Origin: a virus
IMG/VR virus record: IMGVR_UViG_3300045996_002572
Coordinates: 1 to 64,000 of that record
Length of the DNA stretch: 64,000 bases
Strand: one strand, 5' to 3'
The position numbers and the translations under genes are program-made. A model generated the notes under the pieces. That model worked only from the letters and a program-made list of their open reading frames with translations. It made no database searches and was not told the DNA's origin. Below are positions 18,342 to 25,675 of this stretch, piece by piece; position 1 is the first letter of the stretch; every line of letters begins with the position of its first letter.

Positions 18342-19279
18342 GCCTCACCGCCTTCGTGCCGGAGGTAGGAGGCGATCACCCAGGCGCTCGTCAGGTAGGA
18401 GGCGAGGTTCTGGACGCGGGGCGAGGTCGGAAGCGTCTCGACCAGTTCCTGGGCCTCAGAGATCAGAGCAGCCAGCTCCCGGAAGTCCGCGGCGTCACCC
18501 GTCAATGCCCGAGCGGCGCCGGCGCGCTCCACCGCGGAGAGGTAACGCGCGAAGGCAATGCCGGCCTCGGCGATCTCATCGGAGGAGGCCATCCCGTCCA
18601 GGTCGAAGCTGGCGAGAAGCTCCCGGGTTGAGTCGGCAAGCTTGCCAGCAGAGATGCGGACTCGGCGCTCGGCGCGGTCGAGGAGGGCCGTCGCTCGATC
18701 CTTGTCGAGGAACGCCGAAGGATCGGCCGACATGAGGTTGTGCGTCGCTGCCACTACCGACTTGAGGGCCTCGGTAGCGCGGGGTGAGTGGCCAGCAGCT
18801 TCGATCGCGCTGTCCAGTTCGAAGGGCTGCAGGGCGAGCTCCAGGGCTGTCTCGGCGTCCGCCATGTACTCGCCGGTTCGGAGCGCCTGAAACGCCGCCT
18901 GGGCCGCGTGGACGAGTTGCTGGACCGCTGCGTCGCGGGGCGTGGACTCGCCCGTGACCCGCTCCACGAACGCCTCGGCGTCCTCATCGCCGGTCAGGTC
19001 GAGCCAAGGTGTCGCGTCCGCCGCTTCCGCGATGCTCTCGACAGGCGCAGGCGCAGCCTCCGCCGCCTCTGTGGACTCGGCGGGTGCCGGTCCTGGCTGG
19101 GCGAGGCTGGCCTTCAGGGCCTGGCCGTTCTGCGCGATGTCCTGGGCGAGGTAGTCGACGTGGTCAGGGTCGAGTCCTCCCCAGCGAACGAGCTGCGGGG
19201 ACACGGCAAGGCCGGCTATTTCCTCGCCCTCGAATTTGAAGGCGTCGGTCCTCTTGGCTCCGGCGAGCTGGGTAGGCAT
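18338..19279 (-). CDS. hypothetical protein, N-terminus resembling the start of a ParB domain
   Basis: VRWGGLDPDHVDYLAQDIAQNGQ then Ala/Pro linker; AAGGA SD. Confidence 0.55.
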   Translation of the reverse strand: MPTQLAGAKRTDAFKFEGEEIAGLAVSPQLVRWGGLDPDHVDYLAQDIAQNGQALKASLAQPGPAPAESTEAAEAAPAPVESIAEAADATPWLDLTGDEDAEAFVERVTGESTPRDAAVQQLVHAAQAAFQALRTGEYMADAETALELALQPFELDSAIEAAGHSPRATEALKSVVAATHNLMSADPSAFLDKDRATALLDRAERRVRISAGKLADSTRELLASFDLDGMASSDEIAEAGIAFARYLSAVERAGAARALTGDAADFRELAALISEAQELVETLPTSPRVQNLASYLTSAWVIASYLRHEGGEA

Positions 19280-19297
19280 GGTCGTTCGTGTCCTTGA

Positions 19298-20248
19298 TTA
19301 CCGGCCCGGGCGGATCCCGAGCCGCAAGACTTCGTAGATATCCGCCGCTTCCGGATAGGTTCTGAGGACGGCGTCCAGGGCAGCGCGAAGCTCGACCGCG
19401 GTAGCGCCAAGGGCCTGGATCTCTGCGAACTCGACCTGGCCCACCGCCCAGCCCGCCCAGGTGTCCGGGTAGTCCGTCCAGTTGGCGAAGGAGGGCGACA
19501 GGGCAGCGATCGCGAGCGCCTGCACGGTGGAGGGCCCGGCCGGAGTTGAACCGGCGACATCCGACTTACAAGGACGGCGCTCTACCGTCTGAGCTACAGG
19601 CCCAATGCACGGGGCTCCCACCCGCTGCCCGGGATCGCCGGTCTGTCCCGCCCGCTGACTGCCAGGCTTCACCGCAGAGGGGAACGGCTGCGGCTCGCTG
19701 TCCCGAGGGAGCGAGGCCTCATCGCGAGGTCCAAGCACCTCGACTCCAGCGGTTCGCGGTGGCCGGTGCGAGGAGGGCGACTCACGAAATAGCGGTGCCC
19801 CATCAAGAGGCTCCAGGCGGACATCGAAGCAGATGTCGGGCTTCCACCGACCGCGGGGCGCTACCCCCTCTGCGCTATCGCCCGAAGCCACCCCCGCTGG
19901 CGCGCTCGCAAGTACAACTGTCGCCAGCGTCTCCCTCTCGCCCCCGGGCTGGGGCAACCTCCCGAGCGGGGCTTGGGCCCCGTACGAAACGATAGATGCT
20001 CCGGACGGCTCGCTTACAGGCTCTGCGGAGTCGGGCCGGGCGGCCTGAGCCATCGAGCGAGCCTCACTCCCTGAGGTTGCAGGGGCCGTGGCGCCGTAGC
20101 TCGCCACGGGATGTACACCGCGATTGCCGAAGCCGCGGTTGTCGGTCAAGGCAGAGAGACGGGCGCCGACCCGGTCATGGGCCGTAGCCCGCGCAAGCTC
20201 CAAACTCCGGAGGTCCGGGTCCGTGTCGACGATCACGGGGCGGTTCAC
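19298..20248 (-). CDS. uncertain ORF spanning the structured segment and tRNA-Thr (possibly only the last 75 codons, from GTG 19525, are translated)
   Basis: GTGA-coupled start at 20248, open through the tRNA. Confidence 0.3.
   Translation of the reverse strand: MNRPVIVDTDPDLRSLELARATAHDRVGARLSALTDNRGFGNRGVHPVASYGATAPATSGSEARSMAQAARPDSAEPVSEPSGASIVSYGAQAPLGRLPQPGGERETLATVVLASAPAGVASGDSAEGVAPRGRWKPDICFDVRLEPLDGAPLFRESPSSHRPPRTAGVEVLGPRDEASLPRDSEPQPFPSAVKPGSQRAGQTGDPGQRVGAPCIGPVAQTVERRPCKSDVAGSTPAGPSTVQALAIAALSPSFANWTDYPDTWAGWAVGQVEFAEIQALGATAVELRAALDAVLRTYPEAADIYEVLRLGIRPGR
19528..19603 (-). tRNA. tRNA-Thr(UGU) with encoded CCA
   Basis: GGGCCTG-TA-GCTC AGACGGTA GAGC-G-CCGTC CTTGTAA GTCGG-ATGTC-GCCGG TTCAACT CCGGC-CGGGCCC-T-CCA. 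Confidence 0.9.
19604..20200 (-). ncRNA. candidate large structured RNA upstream of tRNA-Thr
   Basis: three C(UNCG)G-capped hairpins, several further hairpins and nested long-range helices. Confidence 0.4.
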
Positions 20249-20460
20249 GGGCGAACCTCCTCAAGGCGGAAGGTTCCGTAGCGCACCACCGGATTCCGAG
20301 CGGCCCAGGCAGCAGCGTCCCGGTTCTTGGTCTTGACCAGGATCTCGGCGCCCTCTCGGGTGTGGCTCACTGAGCCAAGGTCGACCCAGGGACCGGAGTT
20401 GTCGACCCGAACAGCGGCGATGACCACCGCGCCTTCGATCGGCTGAGTGATCGCGCTCAC
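20245..20460 (-). CDS. hypothetical protein
   Basis: coupled ORF. Confidence 0.55.
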   Translation of the reverse strand: MSAITQPIEGAVVIAAVRVDNSGPWVDLGSVSHTREGAEILVKTKNRDAAAWAARNPVVRYGTFRLEEVRP

Positions 20461-20681
20461 GGGCGGACCTCCCAGAGGCCAAGGCTCCCGATCTGCCGGA
20501 TCTGTTTGTCGGTCAAGCCGCCGATGAAGGCGGTGTCATCCCTCTGGTTCCCGGCCCCACGACGAAGCGTCCAGCTCCAGGCCCCGGCGCTTGAGCGCTC
20601 GCGAACGAGGGTCACCGGTTGGCCGTAGATGTTTCGCCCGAGGTCGTATTCGACGCGGCTCGGCATCGGCGCGGTACTCAC
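20457..20681 (-). CDS. hypothetical protein
   Basis: coupled GTG 20681. Confidence 0.5.
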   Translation of the reverse strand: MSTAPMPSRVEYDLGRNIYGQPVTLVRERSSAGAWSWTLRRGAGNQRDDTAFIGGLTDKQIRQIGSLGLWEVRP

Positions 20682-20890
20682 GGGCGAGCCTCCATCTCCG
20701 GGAACAGCGGCAGCGTTAAGCCGTAGAGCCAGACCTCGGCCGCCGTGATCGCCACCGGGCGGCGAGCTACGGACGGAGCCGTCTTGCAGTGCTTCGCTAG
20801 CCCGTGCCCCTGGACGCAGACCAGCACTCCAGACCGACCAGGACGGGGGATCTGCGGGAACCCGCAAGCAGGACAGGCCGGGGCGCTCAC
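20678..20890 (-). CDS. small zinc-ribbon protein
   Basis: CPACG...CVQGH; coupled GTG 20890. Confidence 0.45.
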   Translation of the reverse strand: MSAPACPACGFPQIPRPGRSGVLVCVQGHGLAKHCKTAPSVARRPVAITAAEVWLYGLTLPLFPEMEARP

Positions 20891-21044
20891 CGGCTGCTCC
20901 TCAGCCAGAAGGGGCGGCGGAGGGCGGCGAGCAGGCCACGGCGGCGGGCCCGGTCCAGGAAGGTCCAGGTGGACTCGACCAGGGGCACCATGGGGTGCCA
21001 CCACGCCGTCGGCTCTTCACCCGCATTGGCACTGGCGAGCCACC

Positions 21045-21380
21045 TCACGCCGCCACCCCGTATTGCCCTTCGCCCGGCCGTCGACCGTCTTGGCGCATTG
21101 GCACTGGCGAGCCACGCAACGCCTCTTGAAGTGCAAGGCGGTCGTAGAGGTAGGGAGCGTCGATCGACCGGTTCCCGTCACACCGGGGGCACTCAACCGG
21201 GTCTTGGTCGTAGATCCCCGAGCGGTCCTGGTAGATCGCGGTCCCGGTGGAGACGCCGCGCACTTTGCAGTCGGGGCAGTCGATGCACTCAGCCGCCGGA
21301 TCGGCACCGCAGCGCGGGCAGGAGGTGGCGCTGGCCTCAACATCGCCGCAACACGAGGAGCAAAAGAGGAGGGCGCTCAC
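21045..21380 (-). CDS. Cys-rich zinc-finger protein
   Basis: multiple CxxC motifs. Confidence 0.5.
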   Translation of the reverse strand: MSALLFCSSCCGDVEASATSCPRCGADPAAECIDCPDCKVRGVSTGTAIYQDRSGIYDQDPVECPRCDGNRSIDAPYLYDRLALQEALRGSPVPMRQDGRRPGEGQYGVAA

Positions 21381-21925
21381 CGGCGGCCCCCGATCTTGAG
21401 GGCAGCCTCGACTGCATGGAGCTCGGCCGAGCTCGCCTGCCGGAGCCGGCGGCGGATGACCGTGAGCCGGATCGACTTGTCACGAGCCGGAGTCGTCTTA
21501 CCGCGTCCGAGCTCGGCCACGTCGCTGGCGTCGAGGTCTACGCCGAGAGCGCTGAGCTTGCCCGCGTATTTCGGGGTCGGGCGCTGGACGTCCCGCTCCC
21601 AAGCTCCCAAGGTCTGGACCGAGCAGCCGACCCGGACGGCGAAGACCTTCGTAGGCAGCTCGCCCCGGACGGCCCGGATCCGCTCTCCCGTGGAGGGCCG
21701 GCCCGGGACCATGGTGTCCGAGGTCACCGAGCAGCCCTCCCGGTGGAACTGGTAGGCGCCGCATTCCTCGCAGGGTGGCAAGGTCAGGCGGCGGACCTCG
21801 ATGGGCTCGCGGACCCTGACCACCCGGATGGAGTTGCGGAGGTTGTCGAGCACCTCGCGGGCGGCGGAGCGGTTCGCTTCCGGCCCGAACTCGACCCGAC
21901 CGACGGGGATCGCCGAGCCGCTCAC
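21377..21925 (-). CDS. XRE-type HTH protein
   Basis: GERIRAVRGELPTKVFAVRVGCSVQTLGAWERDVQRP. Confidence 0.7.
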   Translation of the reverse strand: MSGSAIPVGRVEFGPEANRSAAREVLDNLRNSIRVVRVREPIEVRRLTLPPCEECGAYQFHREGCSVTSDTMVPGRPSTGERIRAVRGELPTKVFAVRVGCSVQTLGAWERDVQRPTPKYAGKLSALGVDLDASDVAELGRGKTTPARDKSIRLTVIRRRLRQASSAELHAVEAALKIGGRR

Positions 21926-22176
21926 TGCAAGCTCTCCAGCATCTCGGCATGGGCCTCGTCACTCGCAAGGCACCAGACGTTGCGCCGCAGGTTCACCCAC
22001 CAGGCGATCTCCGCCTTGCGGTCGACCTCGGTGGGCCGGAGCAACTGCCCGTCCGTTGAGGCCGCCGCCTGCTCGATGATCCGGAGATCGGACTCGGTCA
22101 GCGCCGGCTCAGGGTTCGGACCCTGCAGGGGGGCGAGATCCTGCGGCCATACTCGGGAGAGGGTCGCGAGGATCAT
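21922..22176 (-). CDS. hypothetical protein (CII-like position)
   Basis: coupled directly downstream of cro-like gene. Confidence 0.5.
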   Translation of the reverse strand: MILATLSRVWPQDLAPLQGPNPEPALTESDLRIIEQAAASTDGQLLRPTEVDRKAEIAWWVNLRRNVWCLASDEAHAEMLESLQ

Positions 22177-22388
22177 GCGGACCTCCGGGCCCAGCTGCCG
22201 GCCGGCACCTTGGTCACGGCCTCAAGCCGGGCGGCGAGATCCAGCGAGGGCTTGTCGTGCCCGTTCAGAACGTTGCAGAGGTGTACCCGCGATACGCCCA
22301 GCTCGCGGGCGAGGCTGGTTTGGGAGCGCCGTACCTTCTTGAGAAAGGTCCGCACTCTCTCGGGAGCGTCGATCTCGTGAGGTGCCAT
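22173..22388 (-). CDS. Cro-like XRE HTH regulator
   Basis: SQTSLARELGVSRVHLCNVLNGHDKPSLDLAARLE; first gene of early operon, divergent from repressor. Confidence 0.85.
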   Translation of the reverse strand: MAPHEIDAPERVRTFLKKVRRSQTSLARELGVSRVHLCNVLNGHDKPSLDLAARLEAVTKVPAGSWARRSA

Positions 22389-22395
22389 TGGGCAT

Positions 22396-22424
22396 AATGT
22401 AGGACTGATCCAACCTGTTGTCAA
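22396..22424 (-). promoter_or_regulatory. sigma70-type early promoter (PR-like)
   Basis: TTGACA-17 nt-TACATT, 7 nt before cro ATG. Confidence 0.8.
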
Positions 22425-22480
22425 GCCCCAACTAGGCCTGATGCGGCCTCTTGTGTATGACCACTCCAACCTGTTAGGCT
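22409..22480. promoter_or_regulatory. candidate operator repeat TCCAACCTGTT (two copies) and PRM-like promoter
   Basis: Same 11-mer at ~22409-22419 and ~22465-22475, each within a promoter spacer; TTGTGT-18-TAGGCT 8 nt before repressor ATG. Confidence 0.6.
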
Positions 22481-22488
22481 TCCCGGCC

Positions 22489-22905
22489 ATGCCTCCTCTG
22501 GAGACACTTGGCCCGGCGTTGCGCGCGCTTAGGGAAGCCGCTGGCCTTTCGCAGGACCAGGTCGCGGCGGCTATGGGTGCGGGCCAAAGGCAGGTCAGCA
22601 GGTACGAGGCCGGCGACGCCGACCCGCGCACCCGCACTTTGCTGCGGTTCCTTGATGCCGTGGGCTCAGATCTCGCGGAGCTTCAACGCGCCATGGAGGG
22701 ACAATCCATACAGCCTCGCGGCGGAGGTCATGGTCAGGCAGGTAGCGGGGGCGGACAGGAGATAGACGGCTCGACCGCGGCCCGCAGCCTTCAGGCCTTG
22801 GCGGAGGCGTTGGCGCGTCCCCCGGTCACGGAGGAGCGGCTGAGGGAGATCGTGAAGGAAGAAGTGGCGCGCCAGCTACCGCCGAGCGCCAGCGCGTCGA
22901 AGTGA
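22489..22905 (+). CDS. CI-like XRE repressor (no S24 peptidase domain)
   Basis: LGPALRALREAAGLSQDQVAAAMGAGQRQVSRYEAGDADP; divergent from cro-like gene. Confidence 0.85.
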   Translation: MPPLETLGPALRALREAAGLSQDQVAAAMGAGQRQVSRYEAGDADPRTRTLLRFLDAVGSDLAELQRAMEGQSIQPRGGGHGQAGSGGGQEIDGSTAARSLQALAEALARPPVTEERLREIVKEEVARQLPPSASASK

Positions 22906-24000
22906 CGCCCCGGCCCTCAGGAGACAGTCGGCGGCGCGGTATTCGAACTGGGCAGCGGCCGCCCTCCGGAGAAGGCGAGCCGCTATTGCTTCGGACGGGA
23001 TTGCCGCCCCCTCGAAGGCCGACTCGACCAGCGCCGCGGAGTGCTCCGCCTCGCTCGATCGGCCGAGCACCACTAAGAGATGCGACAGTTCGAGGCCTAC
23101 GAACGCAGCCTCGTACCAGACGCGGGCCGCAAGGTAGCCGTCTAGCGCGCCGCGCAGCTTCAGTTCCGCCAGGGCGGAGCAGCCCAGCTCTCGTGCCACC
23201 CGGCCGTGAATCCACAGACGCCGCAGAGCGAGCAGATGATCGCCCACCTCTTTGTAGAGCGACTCGGCGCCGTCCAGGGCGACCAAGGCATCGGCAGGCC
23301 TCTTGCCGTCGAGTAGATACTCGGCCAGATTGTGCGCCGCCGCTAGCATCAGGCGCGGATCCCGGTGTCGATCGATTAGCGGCATGGCCTCGGTCAAAGA
23401 GTCGACCGCATCGCGATGGTTCCCCAGCTCGTTTTCGGCCACGGACCGGCGCACCAAGGAGAACGCGAGCGCGTGTGGGTTATCCTGCGACCGCCGCACG
23501 GCCACGACGCCGTTGAGCAGTCGGAGCGCCGAGCGCAACCGACGCTGCCGGAGATAGATCGCCGCGCGCTCTTCTCGGAGGTTTGCTGCGACCACCGGAG
23601 AGCCGGTGCCGCTGAGCGCGAAGCGCATAGCCGCGTCGATAGCGGAGTGAGCGGCCGAGAAGTCGCCAGCCACCCTCAGGCCGGCACCGAACGCTCGATG
23701 GGCATCGGCCGCCAGATCCGAGATTTCGGGGCGCTGATCAAGGCGGGACAGGGCATCGGCGGACGCTGCTGCAGTACGAGCAAGCTGCAGCATCCGAGCG
23801 GGCTCCACGAACCGCGCAGCGAAGCTTTCGGCGATCAGGGAGGAGATCACCTCTGGCCGCTGGCAGCGAGTAGAGCTAGCGAGAGCCAGACTTGTCCCCC
23901 GTGGGACGCGGCGAACGGCGAACTGCATGATGGCGCGGAGTCTATCACGAAGCGGTGAAAAGCGGCGAGGCTCCGCCTGGTGAAAATGGCGGAGCCCCAT
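22876..24000 (-). CDS. tetratricopeptide-repeat-like all-helical protein, putative peptide receptor
   Basis: repeated TPR-like helices (AHRAFGAGLRVAGDFSAA, LGNHRDAVDSL, AAHNLAEYLLDGKRPADAL, HGRVARELG). Confidence 0.75.
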   Translation of the reverse strand: MGLRHFHQAEPRRFSPLRDRLRAIMQFAVRRVPRGTSLALASSTRCQRPEVISSLIAESFAARFVEPARMLQLARTAAASADALSRLDQRPEISDLAADAHRAFGAGLRVAGDFSAAHSAIDAAMRFALSGTGSPVVAANLREERAAIYLRQRRLRSALRLLNGVVAVRRSQDNPHALAFSLVRRSVAENELGNHRDAVDSLTEAMPLIDRHRDPRLMLAAAHNLAEYLLDGKRPADALVALDGAESLYKEVGDHLLALRRLWIHGRVARELGCSALAELKLRGALDGYLAARVWYEAAFVGLELSHLLVVLGRSSEAEHSAALVESAFEGAAIPSEAIAARLLRRAAAAQFEYRAADCLLRAGASLRRAGARR

Positions 24001-24009
24001 CGTGTCGGC

Positions 24010-24372
24010 TTAGGGCTGCTTGGGGCAGAGAATGCCGCCCGGATCGATCGCGCAGCCGGTGTCCCCGCCGCCGCTCTGCGTGGTCGAGCCTCCGCCCGCA
24101 CCCGAGGTGCCGCCGCTGCCGTCTGCCGGCGGCGTGGTCTCTGCCCCGGTGACGTAGGTCCAGAAACTGGAGAGAGCATCAGAGAGCAGGTTCCAGATGG
24201 AATCAGCAGCCACACTTGTGTCCGCGGCGAGCAGCGGTGAACCGATCCCCGCCAGCGCGACACAGATGACCAGGGCGCCGGCAAGTGATCGGCGCGAGCG
24301 CGCTCCAGACGGGTCGACACCAGATCCACAGGGCTTGAGCTTCGGCATCCGGGTCGTGCTAGACTTTTTCAT
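24010..24372 (-). CDS. secreted pro-peptide (signal peptide, Gly/Ser/Thr linker, C-terminal DTGCAIDPGGILC)
   Basis: ATG 24372 with GGAGGGAG SD; RSRR-SLAGALVICVALAGIGSPLLA|A signal; motif repeated as CGSGVDPSG near N-terminus. Confidence 0.7.
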   Translation of the reverse strand: MKKSSTTRMPKLKPCGSGVDPSGARSRRSLAGALVICVALAGIGSPLLAADTSVAADSIWNLLSDALSSFWTYVTGAETTPPADGSGGTSGAGGGSTTQSGGGDTGCAIDPGGILCPKQP

Positions 24373-24503
24373 CAGAGTCTCCCTCCCCCGCAGACGCACA
24401 CCTCCCCTGCCATAGGGGACCGGCTCGCGGGGGTCATGCAGTCGATTGTACGGTGCTCAACCGCGTCCGCGACGTGACAACATTATTTTCCGGAGACATC
24501 GCA

Positions 24504-25037
24504 ATGTTGCAATTCCGCCATGTTGTCGTGTCAGGAGCACTCCTGCTATGTGCGATGGGGTGCGGAGATGGCGAGGAGGTGGATGTCTCGCCCCTGCCGC
24601 AGCTCCAGCAGGTGAAGGCCGCGCAGGCGAAGGCAGCCGCTCCCGCGGTGCTTCCCGGGGTGCGTCTCGCCGAGGTCCGGCGGCTGCTCACAGACAGTTA
24701 CACCGCCTGCTTGAAAGCAGTCGAGGCCACGGACGTTTGCTGGGACATCCTCGGCGCGAAGCTCGTCTTCGAGCACTGCATGAAGGATCGCGACCAGGTG
24801 CGGGCCGACCACGATCTGGCAGCGAGCGAAGCCGCGACGCTGATCCGGGATTTCTCCGGGGCCGCCCGCGATCCTCTCGTTCGGCTCGCCGCACTCGAGA
24901 GCCGGATGTGCCGCCTTGCCACGGATCCAGAGGGCGAAACGCTCGTCTCCTATCGGCAGAAGCGGACAGGATTGGAAGACGAGCGCAGGGGGTTAGAGGC
25001 CGAGCTGGACATCCTGGGATCGGGGGTGGCGCCGTGA
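24504..25037 (+). CDS. putative lipoprotein
   Basis: MLQFRHVVVSGALLLCAMG-C lipobox-like; GGAG SD. Confidence 0.65.
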   Translation: MLQFRHVVVSGALLLCAMGCGDGEEVDVSPLPQLQQVKAAQAKAAAPAVLPGVRLAEVRRLLTDSYTACLKAVEATDVCWDILGAKLVFEHCMKDRDQVRADHDLAASEAATLIRDFSGAARDPLVRLAALESRMCRLATDPEGETLVSYRQKRTGLEDERRGLEAELDILGSGVAP

Positions 25038-25672
25038 CGAGGTGGTTTGTCGTGCTGTTGCTCCTGCTGCCGTCGGCGGCCCAGGGTGGCTGGATTGTGC
25101 TCCGCAACGGAACCTCCATCGAAACGAAGGGTGTCTGGGTGGCCTCAAAGACCCACGTCGCCTACTACGACCCCAAGACCGGCAAGGCGAACGTCGTCCC
25201 CGTAGGCTTCGTAGATCTTGAAAAGAGCCGGGCAGCGACCAAGGCGGGCTCTCCTCCCCCAGCGCCCGCTCGAGAGAAGGTCGTCATCACAGATGCAGAC
25301 GTAGGAAACTACCCGGCCGCGGTCGCGGCGGCGCTCGCTCGCTTCAATGATGCCGTGGCCGCCGACAACATCGCCGCAGCTCTGGCGGCGCTAGACGAGA
25401 TGGTGAAGGCCGGCGGAGCGAGCCTTAGGCTCAACATGGTCGCGGAGCGCTGCGCTATCTCGTATGCGAATCCTCAAGCGCAAGCTCTTTGCCGAGTCGG
25501 CCGCCCGGTTCCTACCTACATGGCTGGCGAATACGATCCTGCAGCTCAGGCTAAAGCGGACCTCCTAGGCGTCAGAGAGGCCTATTTGAGCTGCTATGAA
25601 TCGTCGAGCGTACCGATGGAGCGTAGGAAGTGTATCGAGCGGGTGCGACGGGAATCAGGAGGCGCACCGTGA
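25034..25672 (+). CDS. secreted hypothetical protein
   Basis: coupled GTG 25034; signal RWFVVLLLLLPSAAQG; WIVLRNGTSIETKG..VDLEKSRAAT..VITDADV. Confidence 0.7.
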   Translation: MTRWFVVLLLLLPSAAQGGWIVLRNGTSIETKGVWVASKTHVAYYDPKTGKANVVPVGFVDLEKSRAATKAGSPPPAPAREKVVITDADVGNYPAAVAAALARFNDAVAADNIAAALAALDEMVKAGGASLRLNMVAERCAISYANPQAQALCRVGRPVPTYMAGEYDPAAQAKADLLGVREAYLSCYESSSVPMERRKCIERVRRESGGAP

Positions 25673-25675
25673 CTC

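Noticed and set aside
19528-19603. tRNA as attP/att site
   Set aside because: No second copy of its 3' end and no adjacent integrase in the window
10-22342. Long plus-strand ORFs in the early region (e.g. 10-711, 3613-4893, 13364-14572, 20804-22342)
   Set aside because: Antisense shadows of coupled minus-strand genes in high-GC DNA; Arg/Pro-rich and motif-free
24010-24372. RiPP precursor with a biosynthetic cluster
   Set aside because: No adjacent modifying enzyme or ABC exporter; Sec-type signal and TPR neighbour fit signalling better
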